In this document: positions 1 to 11,614 of the stretch, piece by piece
Layout: each line of letters opens with the position of its first letter
How positions within the stretch are numbered: the first letter of the stretch is position 1
Assembly: GCA_013239625.1 (NCBI GenBank)
Contig: MU054001.1
Span: 5,567,078-5,631,077 of the forward strand
DNA from: Lama guanicoe
Taxonomy: Eukaryota
Direction of reading: 5' to 3'
Length of the DNA: 64,000 bases
The notes under the pieces: generated by a model
The model's input: the letters and a program-made list of their open reading frames with translations, nothing else
Databases searched by the model: none
Told to the model about the DNA's origin: nothing
Position numbers and translations under genes: made by a program

Positions 1-19
1 GACACTGTTGTCAGAACTT

Positions 20-190
20 TACATTCATTATGTCATTGAATTTCCTCAAAACACTCGAGATTGCACTAGCCTTATCTTTCACAGTTGAAGAAACTGGGCT
101 AAGAAGGGTTAGGTAACTTGAGCAAGGTCACAAGTTGTATGACTGGAATTTGAGCCTAGGAACAGACTCCAGTGCCCAAGTTATTAACAA
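20..190 (-). mobile_element. MIR SINE
   Basis: MIR core cacagttgaagaaactgggct...ggtaacttgagcaaggtcaca...ggaatttgagcctagg. Confidence 0.75.
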
Positions 191-971
191 GTATGTTCCA
201 CTGTTGGTGTGAGTGCTCACATGTTTACTTGATTCACACTCTGTCTCTAGTAGCAAACTAATTGCTGAAGAACCCAGTTTCCTTTTCTTATGTGGTCAGG
301 CCTCCTTCACTACCAGATTTCACTAGAAACTCTAGCTTTATATCTGAGAATGGCAGCACTGTTCAGCATTTTCTGGTTCTTTATATTTGGGGTCTACATT
401 TAAATAGTCTGGTCTTGAAAAGCAGACATAAAACTATATAGAATATACATTGTTCCAGCCAGCTGGAAAAAATCTTTGTTAATTTTTAAATGTCTTCGAG
501 AAATCAGTTTGTTTTATCTGGAAACAAAGTAGCAAAGCAGAAGTCAAGGTTTGTTCTGGAATAAATTGTTTGACTTCATTATCTTATCTCTTAATTATGT
601 CATAGTAGTAATAAGTGACTTAGTAGCAAGCAGAGATGTGTATTCTGTATAGATGTAAATAAATCCAGTCTTGTCATTATCCACTGGGCAGCTGAGCAAA
701 CCCCTAAGATCACATTGCAAGATACACTGTTGAAAATGTTACAACTACCTGCCTTTTAGACTATGATGCAAAGTTTTCAGTTCCTCTGTAAACAATTAAG
801 CACCTTATACCTGCAATTTTAAGTATTTTAGTTAAAACATGTTTTTTTTCCAAAGATGTTAGCACGCTTTTGATTTTTGTGCAGCTTGATATTTGTAATT
901 TCTTGTGTAACATAATGTGTGCTGTAAGGAGCTTTTGTAAATTGATCTAACTTCTTCTCTTCTCTTTGCAG

Positions 972-2662
972 GAGTATATTAAAGGGATCTGTGAACCTGA
1001 ACTGGAAGAAAGAGAATGTTACCCCAAGGCCATGCACTGCATTTTTGTTGGGGCACAGAGCCTGTTTCTCAAGAGCTTGATTCAGGACACCTGTGCTGAT
1101 CTCTGCATTCTGGACATCGGTCTTCTTGGCATCAGAGGAAGTGCCGAAGCTGTGGTCATGGCTCGAAGTCACATTCAGCAGTTTGTAAAGCTCTTTGAGA
1201 ATAACGAGAACCTGCCCAACAGCCAAAAAGAATCAGAAGTGAAAAGGGAATTTAAACAATTTGTTGAAGCTCATGCAGACAGTTACACAATGGACTTGTT
1301 GATTTTGCCCACTTCCTTGAAAAAAGAACTTTTGGCACTCACCCAAGGTGAGGAGAATCTATTTGAAACAGGAGATGATGATGTTATTGAAATTAGAGAT
1401 TCTCAACAAACAGAGTTTACACAGAATGCTGCCACGGGGTTGAATATTTCCAGAGATGAAATTGTTGTGCAGGAAGATGCAAGAAATAAAGCAGGGACTC
1501 CTGTTTCTGAGCTTACAAAACAAATGGACACAATCTTTTCTAGTTCACAAGATGTGCTTTTTGTTCCAATAAATGGTCTAACCCCAGATGAAGAGGCACT
1601 TTCCAAAGACAGAGTTTGTCACAAAAGGAGATTTTCTGATTCTGAAGAAAGGCATACCAAGAAACAGTTTTCTTTGGAAAATGTTCAAGAGGGAGAACTT
1701 TTACATGATGGGAAGACACCAGCTGGAAATGTAATCATTGACCTATCTGATTCTTCCACTGATGCTGAAAACTTAAGTCCAGATATAAAAGACACTACTG
1801 AGGAAATGGAATACAACATCCTCGTAAACTTTTTCAAAACCATGGGCTACTCCCAAGAAATTGTTGAAAAGGTCATTCGGGAGTATGGGCCATCCACTGA
1901 ACCATTATTGCTCTTGGAGGAAATTGAAAAAGAAAATAAAAGATTCCAGGAAAACAGAGAATATTCACCTGGTACCACGTATCCAGAGACCAGTAAAACC
2001 AAAAATAAAAGTGTTTGTAACAGCATAAATGAGCTTACAACGGATTCCACTCCAAAGAAAACACAAACTCACACACAGCAAAACATGGTAGAAAAATTTT
2101 CTCAGTTACCATTCAAGGAAGCAAAACCGTGTACCTCAAATTGCAAAATTAATACTTTCAAATCAGTGACAGTAGAACAGAAACAAGAAATCTGGAGTTC
2201 AAACCAGAACTACATTTGTAACATAGATGTTGAAACTGATGGCCTTTTACCCTCTGTTGCCCCTTCAAGTCCCAAAGAAGTTGTCAGTTTTGTTTCAAGA
2301 GGAGCTTCAAGTCACCAGCCCAGAATTCCCATTTTTCCTGAAAATGGTTTGCAGCAGAAAGTGGAACCCTTGCTCCCAAATAATACGAAGTCTGCCTGTG
2401 AAAACTGTCCGGGATGTTGTAGCTCTCCTCAGTCTAAGCCAAATTGTCCACCCCTCTCTCCACCGAGGCCGCTGCCCCAGCTGCTACCTTCAGTTACTGA
2501 TGCAAGGTTGGCAGGACCTTCTGAGCACATTGATTCCTCTGTTACAGGGGTCCAGAGGTTTCGAGATACTCTGAAAGTGCCCTACAAGCTGGAATTAAAA
2601 AATGAACCAGGGAGAACGGATCTGAAGCACATTGTTATAGATGGGAGCAATGTTGCAATTAC
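972..2662 (+). CDS. N4BP1: N4BP1 large coding exon (exon 2 by human numbering): part of KH region, UBA/UBM-like region, protease-cleaved linker, start of NYN RNase domain
   Basis: ORF 966-2666 translates EYIKGICEPELEERECYPK...MEYNILVNFFKTMGYSQEIVEKVI...DLKHIVIDGSNVAIT, recognisable as N4BP1. Acceptor tctctttgcag|GAG at 971/972; donor AC|gtaagt at 2662/2663; 1691 nt, ends in phase 2. Confidence 0.97.
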
Positions 2663-3618
2663 GTAAGTCCCCTCTTTGCAAATTATATTGTAGTTTTAAA
2701 TAGGGCTCTAAGTACTGTGTCAGAATTGCATGAGTTTTGTAGGAACTATCCTGTGTGTCTGTGTAGTTGATCTATAGCCTGACCTGAAAAAAAAGAAAAA
2801 AACAGCTGATTAGAAAAGTTTTAGTCCATCTTCTGGTGTTGTAAACTTTACTTCACTCTGCTGAACCTATGTTTCTGAGGACAAGCGATGATGGAAAACT
2901 TGTCTTTTCACATTGCATTTCCCAGTGATAAGCAGTATAGAGACTTTTAAATCATTAGGTTCTTAATACCATGAACACCGTTAGTTTCTGAATACTAGGG
3001 TGAAGCTTAAGGCAAAAAAGTGATTTTTTCTTATGATACAGTATGCCAGGTCTTTAGCCGAGAGCTCACAGTGATAATAGGTGTGATGTACTTCTGTTAT
3101 ACGATTGTTGATAGAATGGTAGCAATTTCCTTTCTAGGGATAGTCTTCAGATCGAGCTTCTTTATGGGTCTCTGCTCTTACTAAAAGTTTGTATGTTTGT
3201 TTTTAGTGAAAGAGTTAAATGATTATTTCTATTTAGCTTGTCTTGGAACCCTCTGAGGATTCTGATTTTATACTTCCAGGATGGGATTGGATTTCTTCTG
3301 TCAAGTGGTAGTTTGATACAGTGACTAGGAGAGTGTGGGGGTCAGAGTCAGAGTCTCCGCCCCACCGTGGATCAGCTGTTTGACCTCAGGCGGGTTTCTG
3401 CCTACTAAATTTGACTTGCTGCAGACCGTTTCCTTTTGCCCTGTCCTAAAGGACATCTTGATCATGCCATTCCTACAACTGCTAGGTAAAGTCTTCAGTT
3501 TTCAGAACCAGTCACTGACCCAGCCATTGATTTTGAAGACGTCTTCAAAGTCTAACATTTTAAGTATCTGCAATTCAAGAAAAGAGGCACCTGGACATGG
3601 AATGAAGAAGTTGAAATA

Positions 3619-3811
3619 CAGTTGACCCTTTAATGACACAGGGGCTAGGGGGCACCGACCATCTGCACAGTCAAAAATCCGTATGTAACTTTATGGTTGG
3701 CCTTCCTTAAAGCTGTTCTGTGTCCTTGGATCATAGTAGTATTTACTATTGAAAAAATTCCATGTTTAAGAGGACCCTCAAAGTTCAAACCTGTTGTTCA
3801 AGGGTCATCTG
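3619..3811. mobile_element. Tigger2/MER8-type non-autonomous DNA transposon
   Basis: TIRs cagttgaccctt ... aagggtcatctg, flanked by TA on both sides (3617-3618, 3812-3813). Confidence 0.9.
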
Positions 3812-3959
3812 TACTTTTCTGAATTGCTGAATATTTATGTAACTTCTTTCCTAGGAGTTCTAAAAGATCAGTTAATCCCCTGATTTTTCAGAATATTTGA
3901 TGAAATTGAAAATTAAATTTTATTATTAAAATATGTGTTTATTATATATTATTTATTTT

Positions 3960-4236
3960 TTTGTTTTGTTAATTTTTTATTAGAATTTTCAAACAAATTC
4001 CCAAGAAGATAATGTGAGTTCGATGTTGGGTTCATTTGGGATTCCCATATGCCTGCCATCCTATAGTAGTTATCAACTCATGTCCTGTCTCGTTTCATCG
4101 TTTCTAACATTGTTTCATCTATACCAGCACCTGCTACCTTTCACCCATATTATTTTGAAGGAATTCTCAAATATATCATTTCCATCCATAAACAATTTAG
4201 TATCTGTTTTTTTAAGTATAAAGATTCTTTTTTTTT
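3960..4236 (-). mobile_element. Old L1 (L1MC-like) 3' fragment
   Basis: Resembles antisense L1MC 3' end (tattttgaaggaattctcaaatatatcatttc...). Confidence 0.55.
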
Positions 4237-4691
4237 AATGGTGCTGTACTTTGCTATCAAAAAAAAGGAGGGGGGAGGTTAGAAATGCCAGCATTTTACA
4301 TGCTAAAGTTTGAATGTAGGCAGTAAAAATACGTTATATACTTGTTTTTATTTCCAAATAATACTGTTTATTGTCATTTCACTTTGTTTTTTGGCAGTTC
4401 TTTTGGGGGAAACCCAGCAAATGCCCACAGCTGCATAGCATTATCTAAGTAAAAATGTAAAGGGCAATTTCAGTCACCCACAGTCCAAGCCCCACAGCAG
4501 TTCCTCATTGTTACAATTTCTTCAGCCAAATGATGATACAAATTTAGGTCATGATTGTGAGTAATACTAATCCTTTTTCATTTTTCTGTATGTGGAAAGA
4601 TTTCCCAAATTGGTGTTCAAAGACTAAGAAATGCAAATTAAGACAAAATGAGCAGTGATAATGACAGTTTTTAAAAACTTTTTTGTAGTAA

Positions 4692-4880
4692 CTAGTATAT
4701 TTCTCAAAGGGGTCACTATTGGAATTTAGAATGGCACTGTCTATCCAGGACAGGATGTTTTGCATATCTGGTCCCTCCCACTTTGTCCATAATGCCCCCC
4801 AGCTATTGTGACACCCCAAAACACTGCCACGTATTTCCTAACATTCTTTAGTACTGTACCATTTCTTTTGAAAGCCACTG
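4692..4880. mobile_element. hAT-Charlie type MITE (MER5/MER20 group)
   Basis: Ends tagtatatttctcaa ... ttgaaagccactg; internal ttgtgacaccccaaaac motif. Confidence 0.55.
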
Positions 4881-5093
4881 AGTTAGTGCACTAAGGGAAA
4901 CCACAAGCTGTCTTTCATTAATTGTTTTGAAAACTGATTTGAGAGAAGATTTCAATTTTTTTTAATTCACAGTTACCTCAGTTTAAAAGCAACTATTTTA
5001 CAAAGGATGTGTTATCCTAAGAAGACAAACTTATACTTTATTTGATGTAGATTGATCTGAAAATATCAGTAATCAAAATTAACTCTTATTCTG

Positions 5094-5268
5094 GGGAGAA
5101 ACTGTTTAATGGGTACAGGGTTTTATTTTGGAGTGATGGAAATGCTTTAGAACAAGGAATAAGTGGTAATTGCACAATGTTGTGAATGTACTAATTGCCA
5201 CTGAATTTTTCACTTTAAAATGATTATCTTTGTGAATTTCACCTTAATTTTTTTTAGAAGCCTGGAAA
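5094..5268 (+). mobile_element. L1MB-like 3' end fragment with intact TSD
   Basis: gtttaatgggtacagggttttattttggagtgatggaaatg...gccactgaatt...cactttaaaatg; TSD aaaattaactcttattctg 5075-5093 / aaaattaattcttattctg 5269-5287. Confidence 0.85.
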
Positions 5269-5319
5269 AAAATTAATTCTTATTCTGAATCAGTTGCTTC
5301 AGTATTAAATGTGAATTAT

Positions 5320-5445
5320 AAACCATAAATTCCATAAAGGAAGTGATTTGTGTCTGTTCTGTTCACTGAACTACCCCTAAGGTCCATGGTGCCTGGCACA
5401 TAGTAGCTACTCAGTAACCATTTGTTGAATGAATGAATGAATGAA
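5320..5445 (+). mobile_element. L2 3' end
   Basis: gtgcctggcacatagtagctactcagtaaccatttgttgaatgaatgaatgaatgaa. Confidence 0.85.
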
Positions 5446-8400
5446 AGACTTAAAAAAGTTTAGGATTGTTTAAATGACTCTTCACCACCCATTTGTAACT
5501 TGCTATTCCAATGGCTATTTCAGCAATTAATTTAGATTAAATTTCAATGACTATTTGGAATCTTAAAGCTGAAACACCCTTTATGTGTTAGGTACTGTAC
5601 TTTACCTTTTAAAACATAATCTTCACACCAGTTTTGTGAGGTAAAAATTATTTGTAATGTACATAACATGAAATGGCTTAAAAGTCTCACCCAAGATTAT
5701 GTGGATATGATGTTTGGGCTCATGATATCTCTCTCTCCAGAGCCATCGTACACCCTCCTCCTCCCACAGAAGTTGAGGTTGAATTTTTAGGTCTTGGCAA
5801 CATCAGATACATAAGTCTTAGGCACTGCTCAGGAGACCTCACTAATTTGATCCAGCTAGTTGGGGAAGTAGTTAGAGGAAATTTGAGTCCTTAAGCACCT
5901 CAGGCCCACTCATCCCTGGGTCTCTACAAAGCCTTTGTTTATTTGCCTATCCAGAATAATGTCTGCAGTTTATAACACACCGTGAGAAATTCTGAAATAC
6001 CCTACTTAATACTGCTGATTATGCATATCTCTACTTGGTTTTTCCCCTTTGTCACCATGAATGAGTCAAATGATGAGTAAATGGAAATTGTTTGCGGTGT
6101 ATGGTAGGCATCACCGTGGTGGTCAGATAACACTCGGTCTCTGTCAGTCTGAAACTTCATAAGAGCACCTGACTTATCTGGATAGATAATTTTCCATGTA
6201 GATGAGGTTTGCTCCTTCACTTGACAGAACTATATATTTTAACCATTTTTCATGCTGGTCTTTATCAGGGTTCCATGGCTACTTTTATTAAGTGGAAGCT
6301 ATAGAAAGAAATTACACTTTCCTGGGTAACTCAGAAAGGGTTTTTCACTGTTTCCCCACACTGCCTTGTCCGGTTCTATGACCACCATGAGTTTTTATCA
6401 GGTATTTATTACCCATCTCCTCTCTCTCCTTTGGACCCTCTTCTTTCTAGTTGGCTATCTGCTACGATGTGGAAAGCAACCAGATGACATAAGTTGTTTC
6501 CAAGTGTATGGAAGCAGGAGTTTAAATCTCTCTGGAGAGCCTGCACAGCTGGCTTTTCAGGCTTACTGTCTCTTAATTCTGCATTTGGGGCTGGAAGCCC
6601 CAGAGCTCTGGCCTTCTCAGAGGTAGAGAGGTGTTACTGTGTGTAGACCCTTTGTCCTTGAGTCAGAAAAGACAGTTGGTCTGGGTTTACCTGTCAGCAA
6701 GTTACTCTGATTTGATTGCAGAGAGTCTAGGAGACAGTGATTTAAGCACATTTTCTGCCTGGTCAGGATGTGAGAGTAAAAGTAGGAAGGGTCAGGGACC
6801 CTTATTATTTTGAGATCAATAATTTGGCTCTACTTGATGTTTTTTTTCTGTTGTTTTGTTTTTTGGATTAGTCCGTATGTTCTCCACCAGAATTTTGAAC
6901 TGTTACTTCTTATTCCTAAAACAGCTCTAGAGGTTTTCCAAGGTATCAAAAATGGTTTGATCTCATCCATGAGGATAACTAACACTTTGGAAATTTGTTT
7001 AGAGCTAATGTTTCTAGAAACTCTACTTTCCCCCCTAAGCTTGGGAGGGGTCCAGGGCAGCTGAATTTTTGTCTACTGTCATTTCCCTCCTTTTCCTTAG
7101 TGACCCAGTGTACTAGAACGGGGGACTTTATTTCCATCCAGGTTCTACTGTCACCATCAACAGACGCATTTAAGGAAAAGAGGGAAAAGAGTTTGTACAC
7201 ATTTGTGAATGATGAATAAGCCAGGAGAGCACTTCATAAGCTTTTTACTGCATTCCTCTCAAGGGTTATTTTTTTCAGGACTTAACATACTTAACATAAA
7301 AATCTTTGTTCTGAGAATCAGCAGGCAGATGTAGTCTGGATTTTCATGTTTGGGCTATGGTTGCCTTTAACTCTAGTTCTGCCCTTGCTTTTAAGCAGTT
7401 AAAATGATTTTTATTCTTTTTAGAGATTTTTTTAAAAGGCCCCTATACAAAAACTCCCCCAACCAGCCTTTTATTCCAGTAACAGATGTCATGTTGCTAC
7501 ATTCTTACCATATTTGAATGCTGTTAGGTAAACAGACCACTACTAAGTTATTTCATCAAGAATCGGTTTGTTTATTTGTTTACATACATTTTCTAGGGTA
7601 TAACTGATGCCTGTGCACTCTTATTTATGGTGCACTGAGAAGGGAGTGGACTTTAGCCTCTAAAAGTAGGTATTTCTGAGCCACTCTTCTGGGTGTTAGA
7701 TGCTTACTGCAGGTCCAGCCCATTCCTGCTCCATGATAATTTGGGTTTAGTTGGGGACAGTACCACTGTGGAGTAGTTGAAAAGACACTGGTCCAGGAGT
7801 GAGGGAGCGTCAGCCTAATCCCAGCTCATCCACTCCCTGGCAGTGCATGCTGGGCAGGTGGCTCTGGCTCTCATGAGGCGTTTCACTCTTTTTATCCCTA
7901 ATGGAATCTGAGTCCATTCCTAAGTTTTGTGATTCTGGTGCACAGTACAAGATAGCAAGTTAGAGAGAAAGAAGAGGGATGATTGAGGGCCTGTGTCTAG
8001 AGACAGCTTCACAGAAGACAGACTGGGGCCTGTGGGCATTTGGGGAGGAGGTGTAAGAAATAAGAAAAAGCTCATAGCCCAGGAAGAGTCAGATGGCAAA
8101 GCACCTGGCCAAACCTGAGAGTGTGATGGCGGCTGGAGGTGGAAGTAGAAGGTTCACTTTGGCCAGATCCCATCTGACTAGTCAAGTGTGGAGGGAACCT
8201 CGAAGCCAGACACTGGATTTGTCTAGAAAGATAGTGCTGTTGAAGGCTCTGAGCACAATCAGAGACCTCGTGGCTGCATTTCAGGTTCAGTCTACCTGCA
8301 GGATGGGTTAGAATTAGCAGTGCCTGGGGGTGACTTGTGTCCTTCTGTGCCTGGGGAGGCAGAACTCCCAAGTGAAAGAACTCTCCACCAAGTGGTTTTG

Positions 8401-8708
8401 ACATGTGAGAAGACAGGACTGAAGATGCAGAATTTACTGTTATTGAGTCATGGATGATCACTGAGGTGGTGAAGACAGATTATGCTAATCTAAATAAACT
8501 GTTATTAAATAACATCACGAGGATTTTCTTTTTCTTTCTAGTACTCATGGGTAGACAAGTGGATTACCACCTGCAAAATTTCAAACTTTTTTTTAAAACT
8601 TCTACTTTTATTTAACTGCTAGAGAGTAAAATTTAAATATTTTTCTTTGTTTCTTTTGAAATTTGTTACCGGGTTTTCAGATGGGGGACAGTTTTTAATC
8701 CTCTATAC

Positions 8709-8860
8709 CAGGACTTACAAATTGGGGGCCAGATCTGGCCACCACCTGTTTTTGTAAACAAGGAACACAGCTTCACCCCTTCATTTACAGTTGACAGTTG
8801 CGTGGTGCAGCAGACACCATGTTTGGCCCTTTACAGAAAAAGTGTACTCACTCGTATTCT
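8709..8860. mobile_element. MER58-like hAT MITE
   Basis: gggccagatctggcc...cctgtttttgtaaac...ggaacacagc...tggccctttacagaaaaagt. Confidence 0.7.
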
Positions 8861-8877
8861 ATATTGTCTCTTGTGTT

Positions 8878-9009
8878 TTTGTTTTTGTTTTTTTGGGGGG
8901 GGGGTAATTAGGTTTATTCACTTATTTAATTCTTAGTGGAGGTACTGGAGATTGAACCCAGGACCTCTTGCATGCTAAGCAGACACTCTACCACTATATA
9001 CCTTCCCCC
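8878..9009 (-). mobile_element. tRNA-derived SINE (camelid Vic-1-like)
   Basis: Minus strand ggggaaggtata...tagtggtagagtgtctgcttagcatgcaagaggtcctgggttcaatctccagtacctcc: Pol III A/B boxes and A-rich tail. Confidence 0.85.
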
Positions 9010-9635
9010 CTTACTCTTATTTGCTTACACCCCCACCCCCACTTTCTGCTTCCTTCAGCAAAATCACTTACTGTGGCCCCCAGGTAGCTTCGTCAATCTT
9101 GCTCTCAACTTGTTTCCTGGAAGCTGTAAACTGAGTAGATTTCACAGTTCTCCAGAAAGGGGATGGAGCTCCTCTGGAACCAGACACATTTGAAGCCTTT
9201 GGAAGTTGTCATTGGAATAGTCAAGACTGTTGCTACTTCTGCTTCAGCAATGTATTCCTTGACAACAGTCATCACAGATTCTTAGAGGCCAGTGACCAGG
9301 CAGGACTCTCTAGAATGGGCTCCTTATCTAAAGACAAATATAAAAGGTACAATAAACAAGTATTGTCCTGAAGCTCAAACTGCTATCTACCACAAAAGCA
9401 CATTCAATTAAATCAGCTGAACAAAACTACAGTAAAAAACAGAAAGCGGTTAAGAATCACATCTTCTGTCATGGGTTCTCTCTTGGCTTTGCAGAGCAGC
9501 TGACTATGCAACTTAATGTCAAAAAAAGTAAATATTAAAGGAAATTTTGTTCTAATTGTTTTTGTTGTATATGGATTTTACCTTTTCATTTTTTCGTGGT
9601 GAAACTTAGCACACTTTAAACATGCTTTAAACTGA

Positions 9636-9803
<168 letters not shown>

Positions 9804-11283
9804 TGATTTTTCCAGATTTCTAATTAGGTATTTAATGAGTTGCCTTATAATCACAACACACACTATCTAGAATAGAGCCGTGTGCCATAGGCAGTAGGTT
9901 TAAAATCAAACTGTAAATTCATTGCACCCAGTGAAAAAAACATAGTTGAGTTACAGCATAAGAAATACTTGGCGGGGGTGGGGAGGATGTTTATATAGAA
10001 AGTTATATAAGATTTCATTATATATCACAAAAAATTTTCTTTGACTTCCTAAAAACTAGATTAAATGTGTCATTGTATTAGGCTGGGTTTCTTCTTTAAA
10101 TAGTATTTTTGAAAATGGCCATTTGCTAAGTTTGGAACTCTCAAGTATAATGTCTTTTTTAACAGTCTGTTTAATAGCTTAATATAAGTCATTATGGTTG
10201 TTGTATGGTACTGCATGGTTGACCTACAGGCCACACACAAAAGGTTTGAACTTACTATGGATCCTTAAATATTTCTGAGCGACTGAAAGGTTTTTGTTCT
10301 TAGGTCATAATCGGAAGACCAGTGAAAGGGCTGTGCCAGGCAGCTTAACACATCAGAGTACCTAGAAATAAAACAGATTGAGAGGAGGAAGGCTGAGGAC
10401 AGGACTCATCCAACTCATTAACAGGAAGTAAAACTTAGTCACTGTTGAAGTGGAAATGGTAAAACCACATTTACCAAGTATCCCAGCTTCCCTCACTTTG
10501 GGGAATGTCTTTGTCCTAACAGAAAGTATTTGAGAAATGTGGCAGATCCACTCATCTCATAGTTATTTTTGAATAGGATCCCTGAAAGAGTCTTGTCAGC
10601 CTTATGTGCTGTGCATTTCTAGAACAATAAAAACACTGTGTTTGGGCATTTTAGCTTAAGTCAGTGGTGAGTACCTTTGAAGGAAATGCAGGTGTGGGAA
10701 TCTTAGACCCTGAGCTTTTAGCTTTTTTGCCCATTACTCATTTGTGGCTTTGGCCTTTATCCTCTGTCACAACCCACTCCCATGAATATCAGTAAATGTT
10801 TGTACAGATAACTGAGAGAGGTTAGGTAGGGTGCCAACCAGAGGGAGATTTTACAGAATAGGGACCAAGCAGGCCTTCTTGGGATTAGGACAGAACAGTT
10901 TGTCTCTCCTCCATCACTCTTCTCTGTTCCTGCCCCACCCTTTCTGGGGGACTCATCCTCACTCTTTTTGTCTTCTGCTGCTTGCAGTGTGGCTGTGAAA
11001 AATTTCTTGATAGTAAGATCCATTAAATATTGGTTTATGGTTTACTCTTCTTAATTTAGAAGCAAATGAGTTGAATATTTTGATATTTAAGAAATAGTTC
11101 AAGTCATTTTTCTTTGATTTTTCTTTTCCTTCCCAGTAAGTTAGTAAAGTTGAGTCTTCTGAGTAAGTAGAAGAAAGGTTTCACACAACTTTCCAAGTGA
11201 AACATTGGGGGTGCTTTCATTTATTTAAACGTCTGGGAAGATAGCCCTTTTCTGAATGTGTGTTCAACTTATTCCATGAACAG

Positions 11284-11380
11284 AACAGCACTTCTTAACC
11301 CAGCTCCAGGAGCTCGGAATATTATCTTTAACTCCTGCACGGATGGTCTTTGGAGAAAGAATTGCTTCTCATGATGACAG
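11284..11380 (+). CDS. N4BP1: N4BP1 exon 4 (NYN domain, HDD acidic motif)
   Basis: cag|AA CAG CAC = (E)QHFLTQLQELGILSLTPARMVFGERIASHDD(R); donor AG|gtatga; 97 nt. Confidence 0.97.
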
Positions 11381-11614
11381 GTATGAAAGGCCTTTTTCCT
11401 TTCTAAAGTGGGTATGGGGTGGTGAGGAGCCAACCACCTGCTCCACCAGACAGTTCATCAGGCTTCTGGACCCACATTCTTAAAGGACGCACTTGACTCA
11501 AGTGGTTGAGAATTTTAATATTTATGGTCATGACAGTTATATATTCAGTGGTCTTTGCTATATGGTTTAGGGGCATTACTATAGAAGCTACTGAGCTAGA
11601 AATTTTTTTTTTCC

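Noticed and set aside
828..1226. 132-aa antisense ORF over N4BP1 exon 2
   Set aside because: Shadow frame of the real exon; no independent support.
2661..2666. In-frame TAA at the exon 2 donor as a truncated isoform
   Set aside because: GTAA is part of the ordinary donor consensus and I saw no AATAAA in the following few hundred bases.
8936..9009. tRNA gene
   Set aside because: A/B boxes belong to a tailed SINE present in several copies in the window; no full cloverleaf.
11281..11288. Tandem acceptor cagaacag at exon 4
   Set aside because: The second AG is 5 nt downstream and would frameshift; no evidence of use.
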